From Pristiophorus japonicus (lineage: Eukaryota): a stretch of DNA of 64,000 nt. Both the position numbers and the translations under genes were made by a program. Each line of letters opens with the position of its first letter. Position 1 is the first letter of the stretch. This document shows, one piece after another, positions 37,340 to 50,187 of this stretch. The stretch spans positions 23,746,001-23,810,000 of the forward strand of contig NC_091999.1 of assembly GCF_044704955.1 (NCBI RefSeq), written 5' to 3'. The notes beneath the pieces were generated by a model. The model did no database searches and had not been told where the DNA came from. It saw only the letters and a program-made list of their open reading frames with translations.

Positions 37340-38320
37340 ATCAATGATATAGATACAGGAATTGAGAGTAATATCTCCAAGTTTGCAGATGACGCTAAGC
37401 TGGGTGGCAGTTTGAGCTGTGAGGAGGATGCTAAGAGGCTGCAGGTTTAATTAGACAGGTTAGTTGAGTGGGCAAGTGCATTAAAGATGCAGTATAATAT
37501 GGATAAATGTGCGGTTATCCAATTTGGTGGCAAAAACATGAAGGCAGATTATTATCTGAATGTTGGCAGATTAGTTAAAGGGGATGTGCAACGAGACCTG
37601 GGTGTCATGGTACATCAGTCATTGAAGGTTGAAATGCAGGTGCAGCAAGCGGTGAAGAAGGCAAATGGCATGTTGGCGTTCCTGGCTAGGGGATTTGAGT
37701 ATGGGAGCAGGGAGGTCTTGCGGCAGCTCGACAGGGCCTTGGTGAGGCCTCACCTGGAATATTGTGTTCACTTTTGGTCTCCTAATCTGAGGAAGGACGT
37801 TCTTGCTATTGAGGGAGTGCAGCGAAGGTTCACCAGACTGAAGCCCGGGATGGCAGGACTGACATATGAGGAGAGACTGGATCGAATGGGCGTCTATTCG
37901 CTAGAGTCTAGAAGAATGATAGGGGATCTCATAGAAACATATAAAATTCTGACAGGACTGGACAGGTTAGATGCCAGCAGAATGTTCACGATGTTGGGGG
38001 AGTCCAGAACCAGGGGTCACAGTCTAATGATAAAGTGTAAGCCATTTAGGACCAAGATGAGGAGGAACTTCTTCACTCAGAGAGTTGTTAACCTGTGGAA
38101 TTCTTTTCTGCAGAGAGTTGTTGAGGCCAGTTCGTTAGATATATTCAAGCGGGAGTTGATTATGGACCTAACGACTAAAGGGATCAAGGGGTATGGAGAG
38201 AAGGCAGGAAAGGGGTACTGAGGTGAATGATCAGGCATGATCTTATTGAATGGTGGTGCAGGCTCGAAGGGCCGAATGGCCTATTCCTGCACCTATTTTC
38301 TATGTTTCTATATTTCTATG
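37340..38320 (+). mobile_element. CR1 LINE 3' part (duplicate of the 27817-30780 copy without the nested insert)
   Basis: ORF 37487..38221 (244 aa), intact 3'UTR, and the same downstream flank as 30780 onward. Confidence 0.9.
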
Positions 38321-38524
38321 TTCCTACTGACCTGCTCCCTCAGGTCCTCTCTAAAATGTTTTCAGAGATCACAGTGTAGGTGAGCACCTTAATCTTGGAG
38401 CGGTTTGCAGAATTGTGCATAGAATATTAACAATGTGCCTCCCCCACCCCCCGCGCCAGCCCCGCACCAGCACCAGCACGCGGCTCTCCTGCGCTTTCCT
38501 ATTCTCTCTCCAACCGCACACACT

Positions 38525-39280
38525 TTTGTCGTTGGTTGTTTTCTAGTGACAACGTTTATTCTGGCCTCGTGTTTCGACCTCGGTACTGGCCTCGGATCCG
38601 GGCCATGCTGCTAGCCTCCTGTGCCAAACTCCCTGATGGTCTTTTCTGTATCTTCCTTGCGTCCTGACCTCCTTGTTGGACCGTGCTGTACCTTCCTTGG
38701 ATCCCGACGACCCTGTTGTTCTGTGCTGCTCTGTACTTCCTCGTGTCCTGACCTCGCTGTGGGTCTCAGCCTCCCACCTCACTGTTGGTTCGTGCTGTAC
38801 CTTCCCTGGGTCCCGAGCTTACTGCCGGCCTTGGTTTACCGACCTCGCTGCTGCGCTCTGCCTCCCGGCCCTGCTGCGGGTCCATGCTGTACCTTCCCTG
38901 GGTCCCGAGCTTACTGCTGGCCTTGGCTTCCCGACCTCGCTGCAGCATTCGGACTCCGGATCCTGCTGCTGGTCTGTGTTCTACCTTCCCTGGATTCTGT
39001 CCTTGCTGCTGACCCGTTCTAAACCGTTCCTGGGTCCAGACCTCACTGGTTGTCCGTGCTGACTCTTTCCTGGGTCCTCGCGACCCGCCGATTACTGCCA
39101 GTCCTCCGATCCTCGCCGGCAATCGTTTCCCACCAGTCTTCCAATTCTGTAGTCCCGCTGTCACCCGGCAACTGGTGCCGCATTTTCTTTACCGGGATTT
39201 TACCGGTTTTCTTGCCAATCGCTGCCCGACTTGGACGGACTGGAGACGCCGGGTGTTTGCGCCACATACATCTTCACCGA
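38525..39280. repeat. GC/pyrimidine-rich internally repetitive element (copy 2)
   Basis: Homologous to 30990-31665. Confidence 0.7.
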
Positions 39281-41669
39281 CTGCCAGTGCGTCCGCCTGT
39301 GTAATGCCAGAAATGGGGTTTTTGAGGTCCTTTTAATTGGACTCTTGATGTGTGGGACATGAATGCACCAGAATTGTAAATTAGAATATATTTTACTGCC
39401 TGATTAAAGCATTATTGTTGCTTTAGATGATTACAAGTGGAACTCACCTGGCATTTTATATAGGGCGCAAAAAACAAGTGTAGTGCTCAGTATAAATGGG
39501 GTTGGAAAGCTGCGGGAGAATTAGACTAGAAATAATTGCAGAAATAAGTCTTCTCCATTTTAAAGTTATACATGCTGCATTCGTTTCATTATATTATGTT
39601 TTGGTTTCATGTTATTACCTTTAGGTAAATAACAAGAGTTAGTGTATTTTGGGAAGGAGAGAAGTAGATTTGTATCGAAAATCGGGCATTGCTTGCTGTC
39701 GAGGCGGGGAAGGCTGGAGATGCAAAACTGAGGCACTACAGCGCCACCGCTATCGGGAGAGTGTAATCAAAGCGTGGCACGTTTGCATAAGCAGTTTCCA
39801 TTATAAATGTAGAGATAGGAACATAAAATGCGAGAAGTTCGCACAAAGATCGCAAAGATATAAGATTTCTATTATATTATAGATAGATTATGGGTCCTGA
39901 ATTTGAGGTCTGAGGCATACACCCGGAGTACGCCACCGACACGAAAATAAATTGGTGTCTCTGGAGCTTTGGAGTCTTCAGGTCTTGGGACTCAATGTAT
40001 ATATCTGCATAAAGGCCAATGGATCCCAGGGAAGCAGGCGGTTCGGAAGCATTCCTGGGATCACCTGGCTGGGCCAGCCCAACCAATTAAATAGAGGGAT
40101 TCACCATTACCTTATGGGGCTTCCAATTACAAAATAAATTCCCATAAGCTTGTGAGAAATCTCTCAATAAAACACAATTCTAATAAAAATAACGAATCCC
40201 CTGTTCCAAATGAATGAAAAGTCCCTTTTATTAAGCATTTAAAATGTTTCAGGGGCATTCGGTGGGGCGCAGTTGGGCCCTGCACAAGGAAGAGTGTTTT
40301 CGGGGTGATCGCAGATGATCAATAAAGATGAATCTTGACAGATCGGAACTTCCGGGTTTTACGTGCATGTGCAGCGCATATGGAAAGTCAGAAGTTGCGG
40401 ACCCATTCTGAGGACTTACGACGGCGCACGCTGTGCAGACACCATCATCAGCCCGGCTAAATCCGGGCAATTATGAATATTCATCATTTTATTCCAATCG
40501 TAAATGGACAGACAGACATATCGATAGATAGACAGTTNNNNNNNNNNNNNNNNNNNNNNNNNNNNNNNNNNNNNNNNNNNNNNNNNNNNNNNNNNNNNNN
40601 NNNNNNNNNNNNNNNNNNNNNNNNNNNNNNNNNNNNNNNNNNNNNNNNNNNNNNNNNNNNNNNNNNTATATACAAACATATAGTGAATGTTGTTGATATA
40701 AATTATGACAGATAGTGCAATATATAGGTAGACATGCAGACAGACAGACAGTCAGATACAGAGAACGGTACAGTGATGCAGAGAGATCGATAATACTTTT
40801 CACAAATCATTTTAATATTTTAAGAGACTAATGAGTAGCCTTGAGTACAGATGGATAGATTGCCATGGTGAATGAATGTTTGTTTGCTGTTCGTGATAAG
40901 AAAATGGAAAAGGCTCTTTGTCAACATGAGGGTATGGAAATCTCAACGTGCAGTGGCATCTGATCTACAGCAATGTGGCATTGGGTACCAGAGTCTGTAA
41001 TACTATAATTGAGAAAGGGGGACATGACATGAGCTGGAGATCTCCCTCTGTACTGACGTCTGATCTACAGCAGTTTAGGACTGGTCCCGGGACCGTAATA
41101 ATATAATGCGGAAGGGGTGGAGGGGTGGGGGTGGGGGGGGTTGCCTTGTGTAGTGAAACCTGATAAAAAGTAGTGAGCGATTTGACTAAAATATGTAGAC
41201 AAATCATGGTGGTGGGAGGGGGTGGGGCAGAGAATTGAATATCAGTGAGTACAGACACTTGAACTACTGAAGGTTGGGACGGGGTGTCAGTGTTTGTAAT
41301 AATATAATGTCAGGAGATGGAAATCTTAATGAATACTGAACTACTACGGGGCAGTTCAATTAGTACGAATCTTGCCCCATAGCCATTTACATCTTTATTT
41401 TTGAAGAATATGTCAAGGTAATTATGAAGGTTACTAATAAAATCTGCTTCCACCTCCCTCTCAGACAGTGCATACCCTGTCACAATATCGCGCTGCACAA
41501 AAATGCCTCCTAATTTGCCATCTCTTTTAATACCGATTAACTTAAATCGATATTGTCTGGTTACGATCCTTCCTCCAGTGGAAACTGTTCAGTTTAATTT
41601 ACTCTATCGATATCTTGTCTAATATTGAAGACCACTATCAAATCTCCACGTAATCTTCTCTGCTCAAGG

Positions 41670-42115
41670 CGTCAGCGTTTGCTCAGCAGTCGCACCCGCA
41701 CCTCTGACATCAGAAGGTTGTGGATTCAAGTACCGCTGCAACGATTTAAGCACATAATGTAGTCTGGCACGCCAGTGCATTGCTGAGGGAGTGCTGCACT
41801 GTCGAACGTGCCGTCTTTCTAATGAGATGTTGGTCTGAGGTTTTCCCTGCTCTCTGATGTGAATACAAAAGAACCCATGGCAGGGGAATTTTCCTGGTGC
41901 TCCGGCTAATATTTATCCCTCACCCACCATCATTAAAGTACATTATATGCTCATTAATCTCATTGCTGTTTGTCGGGTCTTGCACTGCATCGATTGGCTG
42001 CTGCGTGCCCTACAATGAACAGTGGCTTCACTTCAAAAGTACTTCATTGATTCTAAAGCGTTTTGAGACGTCCTGAGCTCATCAAGCGCGCTAAATTAAT
42101 TCGTTATTTATTTCC
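41670..42115 (+). mobile_element. tRNA-derived SINE (DeuSINE/SacSINE1-like)
   Basis: tRNA-like head (gctcag...ggattcaagt) and tail cttcaaaagtacttcattg...aaagcg; antisense relatives at about 13025-13135 and 57560-57965. Confidence 0.65.
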
Positions 42116-42269
42116 TTTCCACACGCAAACAAGAAAAAATCTCCTTCCCTTCACCCTTCCCCCACTCCATCAGGGCCTACCCATTGGTTTGAGTAGAAAC
42201 CTCTTTCCACACACTGCCAAAAGCCAGGGCTGCTCTTCGCGGTCTCACGCTGTTAACTGGTGTCCCATA

Positions 42270-43295
42270 AGTATCTATCCCTGGCCCCCAGATATTTCTC
42301 ATCTAAACGGCGCCCGTCGGGGCCGTCATCCAAAAACACAATATCACGTTCCACATATATGCTAACGACACCCAGCTCGACCTCACCACTACCTCTCTCC
42401 ACCCCACCAGTTTCTCTAATTTTTCAGGCTGCTTTTGTGACATACGGTATTGGATGAGCAGAAATGTTCTCCAACAAAATATTGTGAGTACTGAAGCCAG
42501 CGTCTTTGCTCTCGCCACAAACTCCGTTCCATAGCCACCCACTCCATTCCTTTCGCTAGCATCTGACTGAAGCTGAACCAGTCTATCTGCAATCTTGGTA
42601 TCGTATTTGACTCCGAGATGAGCTTCCAACCACCTTTGCGCTCCATCAGCAAGATTGCCTATTTTAACCTCAGTAACCTCGCTATACACCACTCCTACCT
42701 CAGCTCATCTGCTGCGGAAACCCTCATCCATGCCTTTCTTATCTCTAGACTTCACTATTTCAACGCTCAGATGGATGTGCTCCCATCTTACACCCTCTAT
42801 AAACTTTACCATATCAAAAGCTCGGCTGCCCGTGCCCTAACTCACACCGACCCGTTCCTCCATCACTGACCTTCATTTGCTCTCGTTCCAGAGAAATCTC
42901 CATTTAAAACTCTCATTGTTTTTTTAATTCATCCCTTTCTCGCTAAGCTCTGTAACCTTCTCCAACACAACAACCCACCGACATCTGTGCACATCTCTAA
43001 ATCCCGGCCTTTTGCGCATTCTCTTTGTTAATCACTCAACATTGGTGGCCGCACATATAGCTGCGTAGTTCCTCAGCAAAATAATTCCTCCTTAAACTTC
43101 TCCACCTCTCGACCTCGCTCTCAGTCTTTAAGACGCTGCTTAAGACCTACATCTTTGACCAAGCTTTTTCTCATCCATCCTAATTTCTTCTTATGAGGCT
43201 CGGTGTCAGATTCTGTTTAATAACTCTCCTGTGTAGCACCTTGGGACGTTTTTCTTGGTTAATGGCGCTACATTGACATAAGTTCTTGTTGGTGT
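42270..43295 (+). mobile_element. L2-clade LINE RT/3' fragment
   Basis: FHIYANDTQL (YADD), NLGIVFDSEMSF and AAETLIHAFLISRLHYFN motifs; ttgttg-type tail. Confidence 0.85.
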
Positions 43296-43679
43296 TGACA
43301 GACGAGGAACGCATTGCTATAACCTTGAACTAGTAGATTGTGGTGTTTTTAAAAAATTAAATGGTTCGGCTCTTTAACATATACATTCAGAGTTTATTGA
43401 CTGCCAATTTTAGAATTACAACATTCACAGATTCAAACAACATTTCGCAGCAAACAGCAGGTAAAGAAACAGACAATGAGAATTAGTATCTATGTTGAGA
43501 ACCTGATCGCATTTCTCCTTGATGAAGCAACTAATTAATAAATTGTTTACTTTGACCAAATGCAAGTGTCCACATATCGAATCTGGGATATGAACCAAAA
43601 TTTTATAGCGGCACAAACTGAAGCCATTCATTCAGATCGGAATTACTGATTGCAATTTTGCCCCTTGTGTGATCCTGTC

Positions 43680-44450
43680 CCCTCTCTCTCCAGAGCCGTA
43701 TATAAATATCAATCTAATCCCACAGCCGCGCTCATTCCTCAAAGTGCTGTATAAACCGAAACTAATCATACAGCCACTCTCTCTCGGAAGCCCGATACCA
43801 ATTGCAAACTAACACCAATGCGCCTCTTTCCCCAGATTCATCTAGGAATTCTAATCTAATCCCACAGCCTCGCTCATTGCCTATACCCCAGTTACAATCC
43901 CAAACTAAGTATGCTTTCTTCTATTTCCCTATATTCATCGAACTATTCCACTGCATACTCTCCACAAAGCTCTGTATTACTGAAAAACAAATTGCTCTTT
44001 CCCCTCTTTCCCCATATTTCTGCATCAATTCAAAACGAATCCCACTGTCCAGCTCACTCCTCATTGCCCTGTACAAATCCCATACTAATCCGACAGCCCT
44101 CTCTCTCCCCACAGCCATCAATCTCACCCAAACTGCTCCTGCTGCCCCACTGTCTCCCCATAACCCTGTATCAATCCCAAACTAATCGCATGGCCCCGCT
44201 CTCTCCCCACAGCCCTGCATCAATCCCACACTAATCACACTGCCACACCCACGCAACGTAGCCCTTTATCAATGCCACAAAAAACACACTGCCCACCCAA
44301 GCACCATAGCCTTTATCCATCCGAAACTAACCTCAGTGTGCCACTCTCTCCCTATAGTCGTATATGAATCCCAAACTAATGCCACTGCCATGCTCTCTCC
44401 TGGCTCTCTTCACGTAGCCTTCTATCAACGCCAAACAATTCCCACTGATC
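43680..44450. repeat. Approximately 42-bp minisatellite
   Basis: Unit like ctctctccccacagccctgtatcaatcccaaactaatcccactgcccc. Confidence 0.8.
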
Positions 44451-45365
44451 CATCATGAAGGAAGGACAAAAGCACATGGACCTGCTCCATGCAGTCGCTA
44501 TTTTCCAATTGAGGAACATGGGTGGAGACTCGGTAAAATCAAGTCCCCTCATCAATTCTAACCATATACCATCCCGAAAGACTTATGCCTTCCTATTGCC
44601 TCCCCGCCCTGTCTACACACAGCATGTCTTAAATTTTATCGTCTTCCATCAGTGAATTATTTGGTCCCATAACTAGATCTACCGTATGCAAACTGCATGT
44701 GAAGCACCACTGCTGGCTTGGAGTCGCCGGAAACGTTACAGTACGTCACCAGCAATGAGGTCCAGTAGTCCGAGGTTCGCTCGTGACTTCAGATATTCAG
44801 CAGCAGATTGCTCGTGGCGTTGCCCAGGACAAATTGATGCATGCAATGTGTTTTCATATACTCAAAATGGCAACACATTTGGGATCGAGACAGTAGAAAC
44901 GAAGTGGCCTCGTAGTGAGTCTCAGCAACTACAACTACATTTAATAATGCACAATTGAATGAAAAATGTTGATGTAGCAATTTGTAATGGGAGATGGTGA
45001 GAGAAAAGCATGATCGAGAGATAGATAGATAGACAGANNNNNNNNNNNNNNNNNNNNNNNNNNNNNNNNNNNNNNNNNNNNNNNNNNNNNNNNNNNNNNN
45101 NNNNNNNNNNNNNNNNNNNNNNNNNNNNNNNNNNNNNNNNNNNNNNNNNNNNNNNNNNNNNNNNNNNNNNNNNNNNNNNNNNNNNNNNNNNNNNNNNNNN
45201 NNNNNNNNNNNNNNNNNNNNNNNNNNNNNNNNNNNNNNNNNNNNNNNNNNNNNNNNNNNNNNNNNNNNNNNNNNNNNNNNNNNNNNNNNNNNNNNNNNNN
45301 NNNNNNNNNNNNNNNNNNNNNNNNNNNNNNNNNNNNNNAGATTGAGAGATAGATCGATAGATAGA

Positions 45366-45585
45366 TCCCTACCGCAGAGAGTTCTTAATGCCAGTTCATT
45401 GGATATATTCAAGAGAGAGTTAGATATAGCCCTTGTGGCTAAAGGGATCAAGGGGTATGGAGAGAAAGCAGGAAACGGGTTCTGATGTGAATGATTATCC
45501 ATGATTTTATTGAATTGTGGTGCAGGATGTAAGGGCCGAATGGCCTACTTCTGCACCTATTTTCTGTGTTTCTATGTTTCTATCT
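45366..45585 (+). mobile_element. CR1 3' end
   Basis: SSLDIFKRELDIAL..KGIKGYGEKAG plus 3'UTR and tail. Confidence 0.85.
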
Positions 45586-46531
45586 CCTATTTCCTCCCGC
45601 CACCCCAATTGGATGTGATTTCTGGGGTAAAATCCGATAGAGATAGACGGGGTACAGTTGACCTCCACCTATTGGGGAACTGGGTAGGCCAATGGTCCTG
45701 AGCTATGTTATTACAGTGCGACAAATATTCATATTAGATCCGGTGTCAGTCAACACAGAGATTTTCAGCAGTGACTTCCTCTCATTACATTTGTATATGA
45801 CTGGTCCCCACTGCCACGGTGCAGTAGATCAGCTGTCAGTACACAATAAGATTTCCATACCCTGATGATAAAGCTCAGCATTTTCTACATTCTTAATCCG
45901 AACTACAAAAAGAGATAGGGTTTTATTCAAAATAATTCAGATATCCGTCCATTCACATTCTTGTTCTAATCTTTCAGATTTAACTTTTATCAATCAACCA
46001 AATTGTTCAATGCATCAATATCTTTCTATCTATCAGTCTGCCCTATAATCTACATAGAGCTCTATTTGTCTTAATTTCTTAACTTATATCAACAACTCTC
46101 TCTATATGTTNNNNNNNNNNNNNNNNNNNNNNNNNNNNNNNNNNNNNNNNNNNNNNNNNNNNNNNNNNNNNNNNNNNNNNNNNNNNNNNNNNNNNNNNNN
46201 NNNNNNNNNNNNNNNNNNNNNNNNNNNNNNNNNNNNNNNNNNNNNNNNNNNNNNNNNNNNNNNNNNNNNNNNNNNNNNNNNNNNNNNNNNNNNNNNNNNN
46301 NNNNNNNNNNNNNNNNNNNNNNNNNNNNNNNNNNNNNNNNNNNNNNNNNNNNNNNNNNNNNNNNNNNNNNNNNNNNNNNNNNNNNNNNNNNNNNNNNNNN
46401 NNNNNNNNNNNNNNNNNNNNNNNNNNNNNNNNNNNNNNNNNNNNNNNNNNNNNNNNNNNNNNNNNNNNNNNNNNNNNNNNNNNNNNNNNNNNNNNNNNNN
46501 NNNNNNNNNNNNNNNNNNNNNNNNNNNNNNN

Positions 46532-48925
46532 GGCCTTCATGGTACACGACACTAAAAACATCCCAATAATAGACAACAAAGTGGAAATGGGGAGGAGGAA
46601 ACTTAAAACATTTCACTTAAGAAAAAGTATTGGTTAGCATAATGGGACTACATTTTCACAAGTCGCCTGGAACTGATGGTCCGCATCCTCGGGTCTTAAA
46701 AGAAGTGGCTGCAGAGATATTGGATGCATTGTTTGCATTCTACCAATATTGCCTGGATTCTGGAGATATCGCAATGGATTGGAAAATCGCAAATATAATG
46801 GTGCTATTTAAAAAATGAAGACGACAAAAAAAAGGACGTTATACACTGGTTAGCCTAGCATTTGTCGTGGGGAAAATGCTCGAATCCTTTCGTAAGGAAG
46901 TAGTAGCATTGCATTTGCAAAAGCATAATACATTCAAGCAGAGTCAGCATGATTTTTTTTAAAGTAAATCATGTTTGACAAATATTCTGGAATTATTTTA
47001 GAATGTAACTATCACGGTGGATACGAGGGAATGAGTGGATGCTGTGTATTTTGAACTCCAGAAGGCATTCGATCAGGTGCCACATAAAGGTTACTGCACA
47101 CGATACAAACTCAGGGGGTCGGTGATAATATATTGGCATGGACGGAGGATTGGCTAACTAACAGAAAATAGAGAGTCGGGATAAACGGGTCATTTTACTT
47201 TGGGAAAGCCGTAATTCATGAGATGCTACAGTGATCAGTGCTATGGCCTCAACTATTTACAATGAAGATTAACGATTTGGATGAAGGAACCATGTGTAAT
47301 GTCGCCACGTTTGCTGTTTATACAAACATGGGCGGGAAAGCATGTTGTGAGGAGGACACAACGAATATAAAATGGGATATAGACAGGCTAAGTGAGTGGG
47401 AAAAGATTTTGCAGATGGTGCATAATGTGGGAAAGTGAGGTTGTCCACTTTGGCATGAACCATAAAAAAGCAATTTAATATTTTAATAGAGAAGGACTAC
47501 AAAATTCAGCAGTACAGAGGGACCTATTTCTCTATCCCTCTGTGAACAAACATTTGATTTCGATCTTCACGGTACAAGACACTAAACACATCCCAATAAT
47601 AGACAATAAAGTGACTATAGGGAGGAGGAAACGTAAAACAATCACTTTCACGAAAGAAAAAGTATTGGGTAAAATAATGGAACTAAAGTTGGACAAGTCG
47701 CCTGGAACTCATGATCCGCATCCTCAGGTCTTAAAAGAAGTGGCTGCAGAGATATTGGATGCATTGTTTGCAATTTACCAAAATTCCCTGGATTCTGGAG
47801 AGATCCCAACGGATAGAAAAATCGCAAATATAACGGTCCTATTTTCAAAAAGTAAGATGACAGAAAGCAGGAAATTAGACACTAGTTAGCCTAACATCTA
47901 TCGTTGGGAAAATGCCAGAGTCCTTTAGTAAGGAAGTAGGAGCATTGCATTTGGAAAAGCGTAATTCATTCAAGCAGAGTCAGCATGATTTTTTTGAGAA
48001 GTAAATCATGTTTGGCAAATATACTTGAGTTCTTTGAGGATGTAACTATCAGGGGAGACGAGTGGCTGTGCTGTATTTGGATTTCCAGAAGGCATTCGAT
48101 CAGTTGCCACATAAAAGGTTACTGCACAGGAGACAAGCTCAGGGGGTCGGTGGTACTATATTTGCATGGATAGAGGATTGGCTAACTAACAGAAAACAGA
48201 GAGTCGGGATAAACAGGTCATTTTACGGTGGGCAACGGTAACTAATGGGGTGCCACAGTTATCGGTGCTATGGCCTCAACTATTTGCAATCTATATTAAT
48301 GACATGAATGAATGAATGGAGTGTAATGTGGCCAAGTTTGTTGATTATGCAAAGGTGAGTGGGAAAGCATGTGGTGAGAAGGACACAGAGAATCTGCAAA
48401 GGGATATAGACAGTGTAAGTGAGTGGGAAAGTATTGGGCAGATTGTGCATTATATGGGAAAGTGTGGCAGGAACAACAAAAAAAAAAATAATATTTTACT
48501 AGAGATGGATTACAAAATGCCGCAGTACAGCGGGACCTGAAGTCTTGTGCATGAAACACAAACGTTAGTATGAATGTAAGGCAAGTAATCAGGAAGGCAA
48601 ATTGAATGTTGGCCTTTATTGCAATGGTGATGGAATATAAACGTAGGAAAGTCCTGCTACAACTGTACAGGATATTGGTGTGACCACACCAACAAAACTC
48701 CGTACAGTTTTGGTCTCCTTATTTAACGAGGGATATACTGGCATTGGATGGAGTTCAGAAAAGATTCACTAGTTTGAATCCTGAGATAAATGTGGTGACT
48801 TATGAAAAAAGGTGGAGCAGGTTGGATCTATACACATTGAGGATTAGAAGAATGAGATGTGAACACGTTGAAACATATAAGTTACTGAGGGTGTTAGACA
48901 AGTTAGATGCAGAGAGCATGTTTAA
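46532..48925 (+). mobile_element. Two tandem decayed CR1 RT fragments (46532-47520 and 47545-48925)
   Basis: Both begin near tcttcacggtac.gacactaaa; motifs DKSPG.D..HPRVLKE, KSCL.N.LEFFE and LWPQLF. Confidence 0.85.
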
Positions 48926-50187
48926 CTATCTATCTACCTCTCCGTTTTCCTCTGCCACCCCAATTGGATGCGAATTCTGATGTGAACCTCAATAGTATAC
49001 AAGCATTGGTAGGATGAGTGTTTGATTCACCCCTGGAACTTGAGGTGAAATGCAAACGCGGACAAGGGGATGAAGGTCTGTTCTATCTAATGGTGGATAG
49101 GATGTGTCAGTAGCTCAGTGACTTTCGTTTGGAGACGGGATCAAATTCATACACAGATAGACGGGATATAGTTGTCCTCCCTCTATTGGGGGACTGGTTA
49201 GGGCAATGTTCCTGGACTTTGTTATTACAGATAAACACGTGTTCATATTAGATCCAGTGTCAGTTGACACAGATATTTTCATCTGTGACTTCCTCACACT
49301 ACATTTGTACATGACGAATCCCCATAACCACAGTGCAGTAAATCATGTGTCAGTACATACTGAGATTTATATCTACTGACTTCCTCCCACAGTATTAGTG
49401 TATGATTAGATCTCATTGACATTGTGCAGTAGATCAGGTATCAGCAAACAATAAGATTTCCATACCCTGATGATGACACTAAGCATTTTACACATTCTTA
49501 ATCAGAACTTCAAACAGAGATAGGGTTTTATTCAAAATAATTCACAATTCATCTGTTCACATTCTTATTCTACTCCTTGGGATTCAACATGACATTTGTC
49601 AATCTACCAAATTATTTATTGCATCAATACCTTTCGATCTATCAGTCTGTCCAATAATCTACATATTGCACTCTCTGTCCTAATTTATATCAACAACCCT
49701 CTCTATAATGTTGTACATATATNNNNNNNNNNNNNNNNNNNNNNNNNNNNNNNNNNNNNNNNNNNNNNNNNNNNNNNNNNNNNNNNNNNNNNNNNNNNNN
49801 NNNNNNNNNNNNNNNNNNNNNNNNNNNNNNNNNNNNNNNNNNNNNNNNNNNNNNNNNNNNNNNNNNNNNNNNNNNNNNNNNNNNNNNNNNNNNNNNNNNN
49901 NNNNNNNNNNNNNNNNNNNNNNNNNNNNNNNNNNNNNNNNNNNNNNNNNNNNNNNNNNNNNNNNNNNNNNNNNNNNNNNNNNNNNNNNNNNNNNNNNNNN
50001 NNNNNNNNNNNNNNNNNNNNNNNNNNNNNNNNCTCACACACAATCTCTCGCTCTTTTTCTCCATCTATCCATCTATCTACCTTTATATGTACATATCTAC
50101 CTATCCATCTATCTATCTCTCTATCTATATATGAACGAATATTTGTTATCGGTCTTCACGGTACACGATACTAAAAATATCCCAATA

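Noticed and set aside
39892-40470. Possible non-autonomous DNA transposon with loose inverted ends (related sequence at about 27530-27800)
   Set aside because: Terminal inverted repeats and TSD are too degenerate to support a call by eye
44455-44958. Short ORFs considered as the missing Cmu1/JH of cluster 2
   Set aside because: No Ig C1-set Cys/Trp pattern or WGxG motif recognisable on either strand
44789-46616. Long ORFs spanning N runs
   Set aside because: Artefacts of translating N and microsatellite sequence
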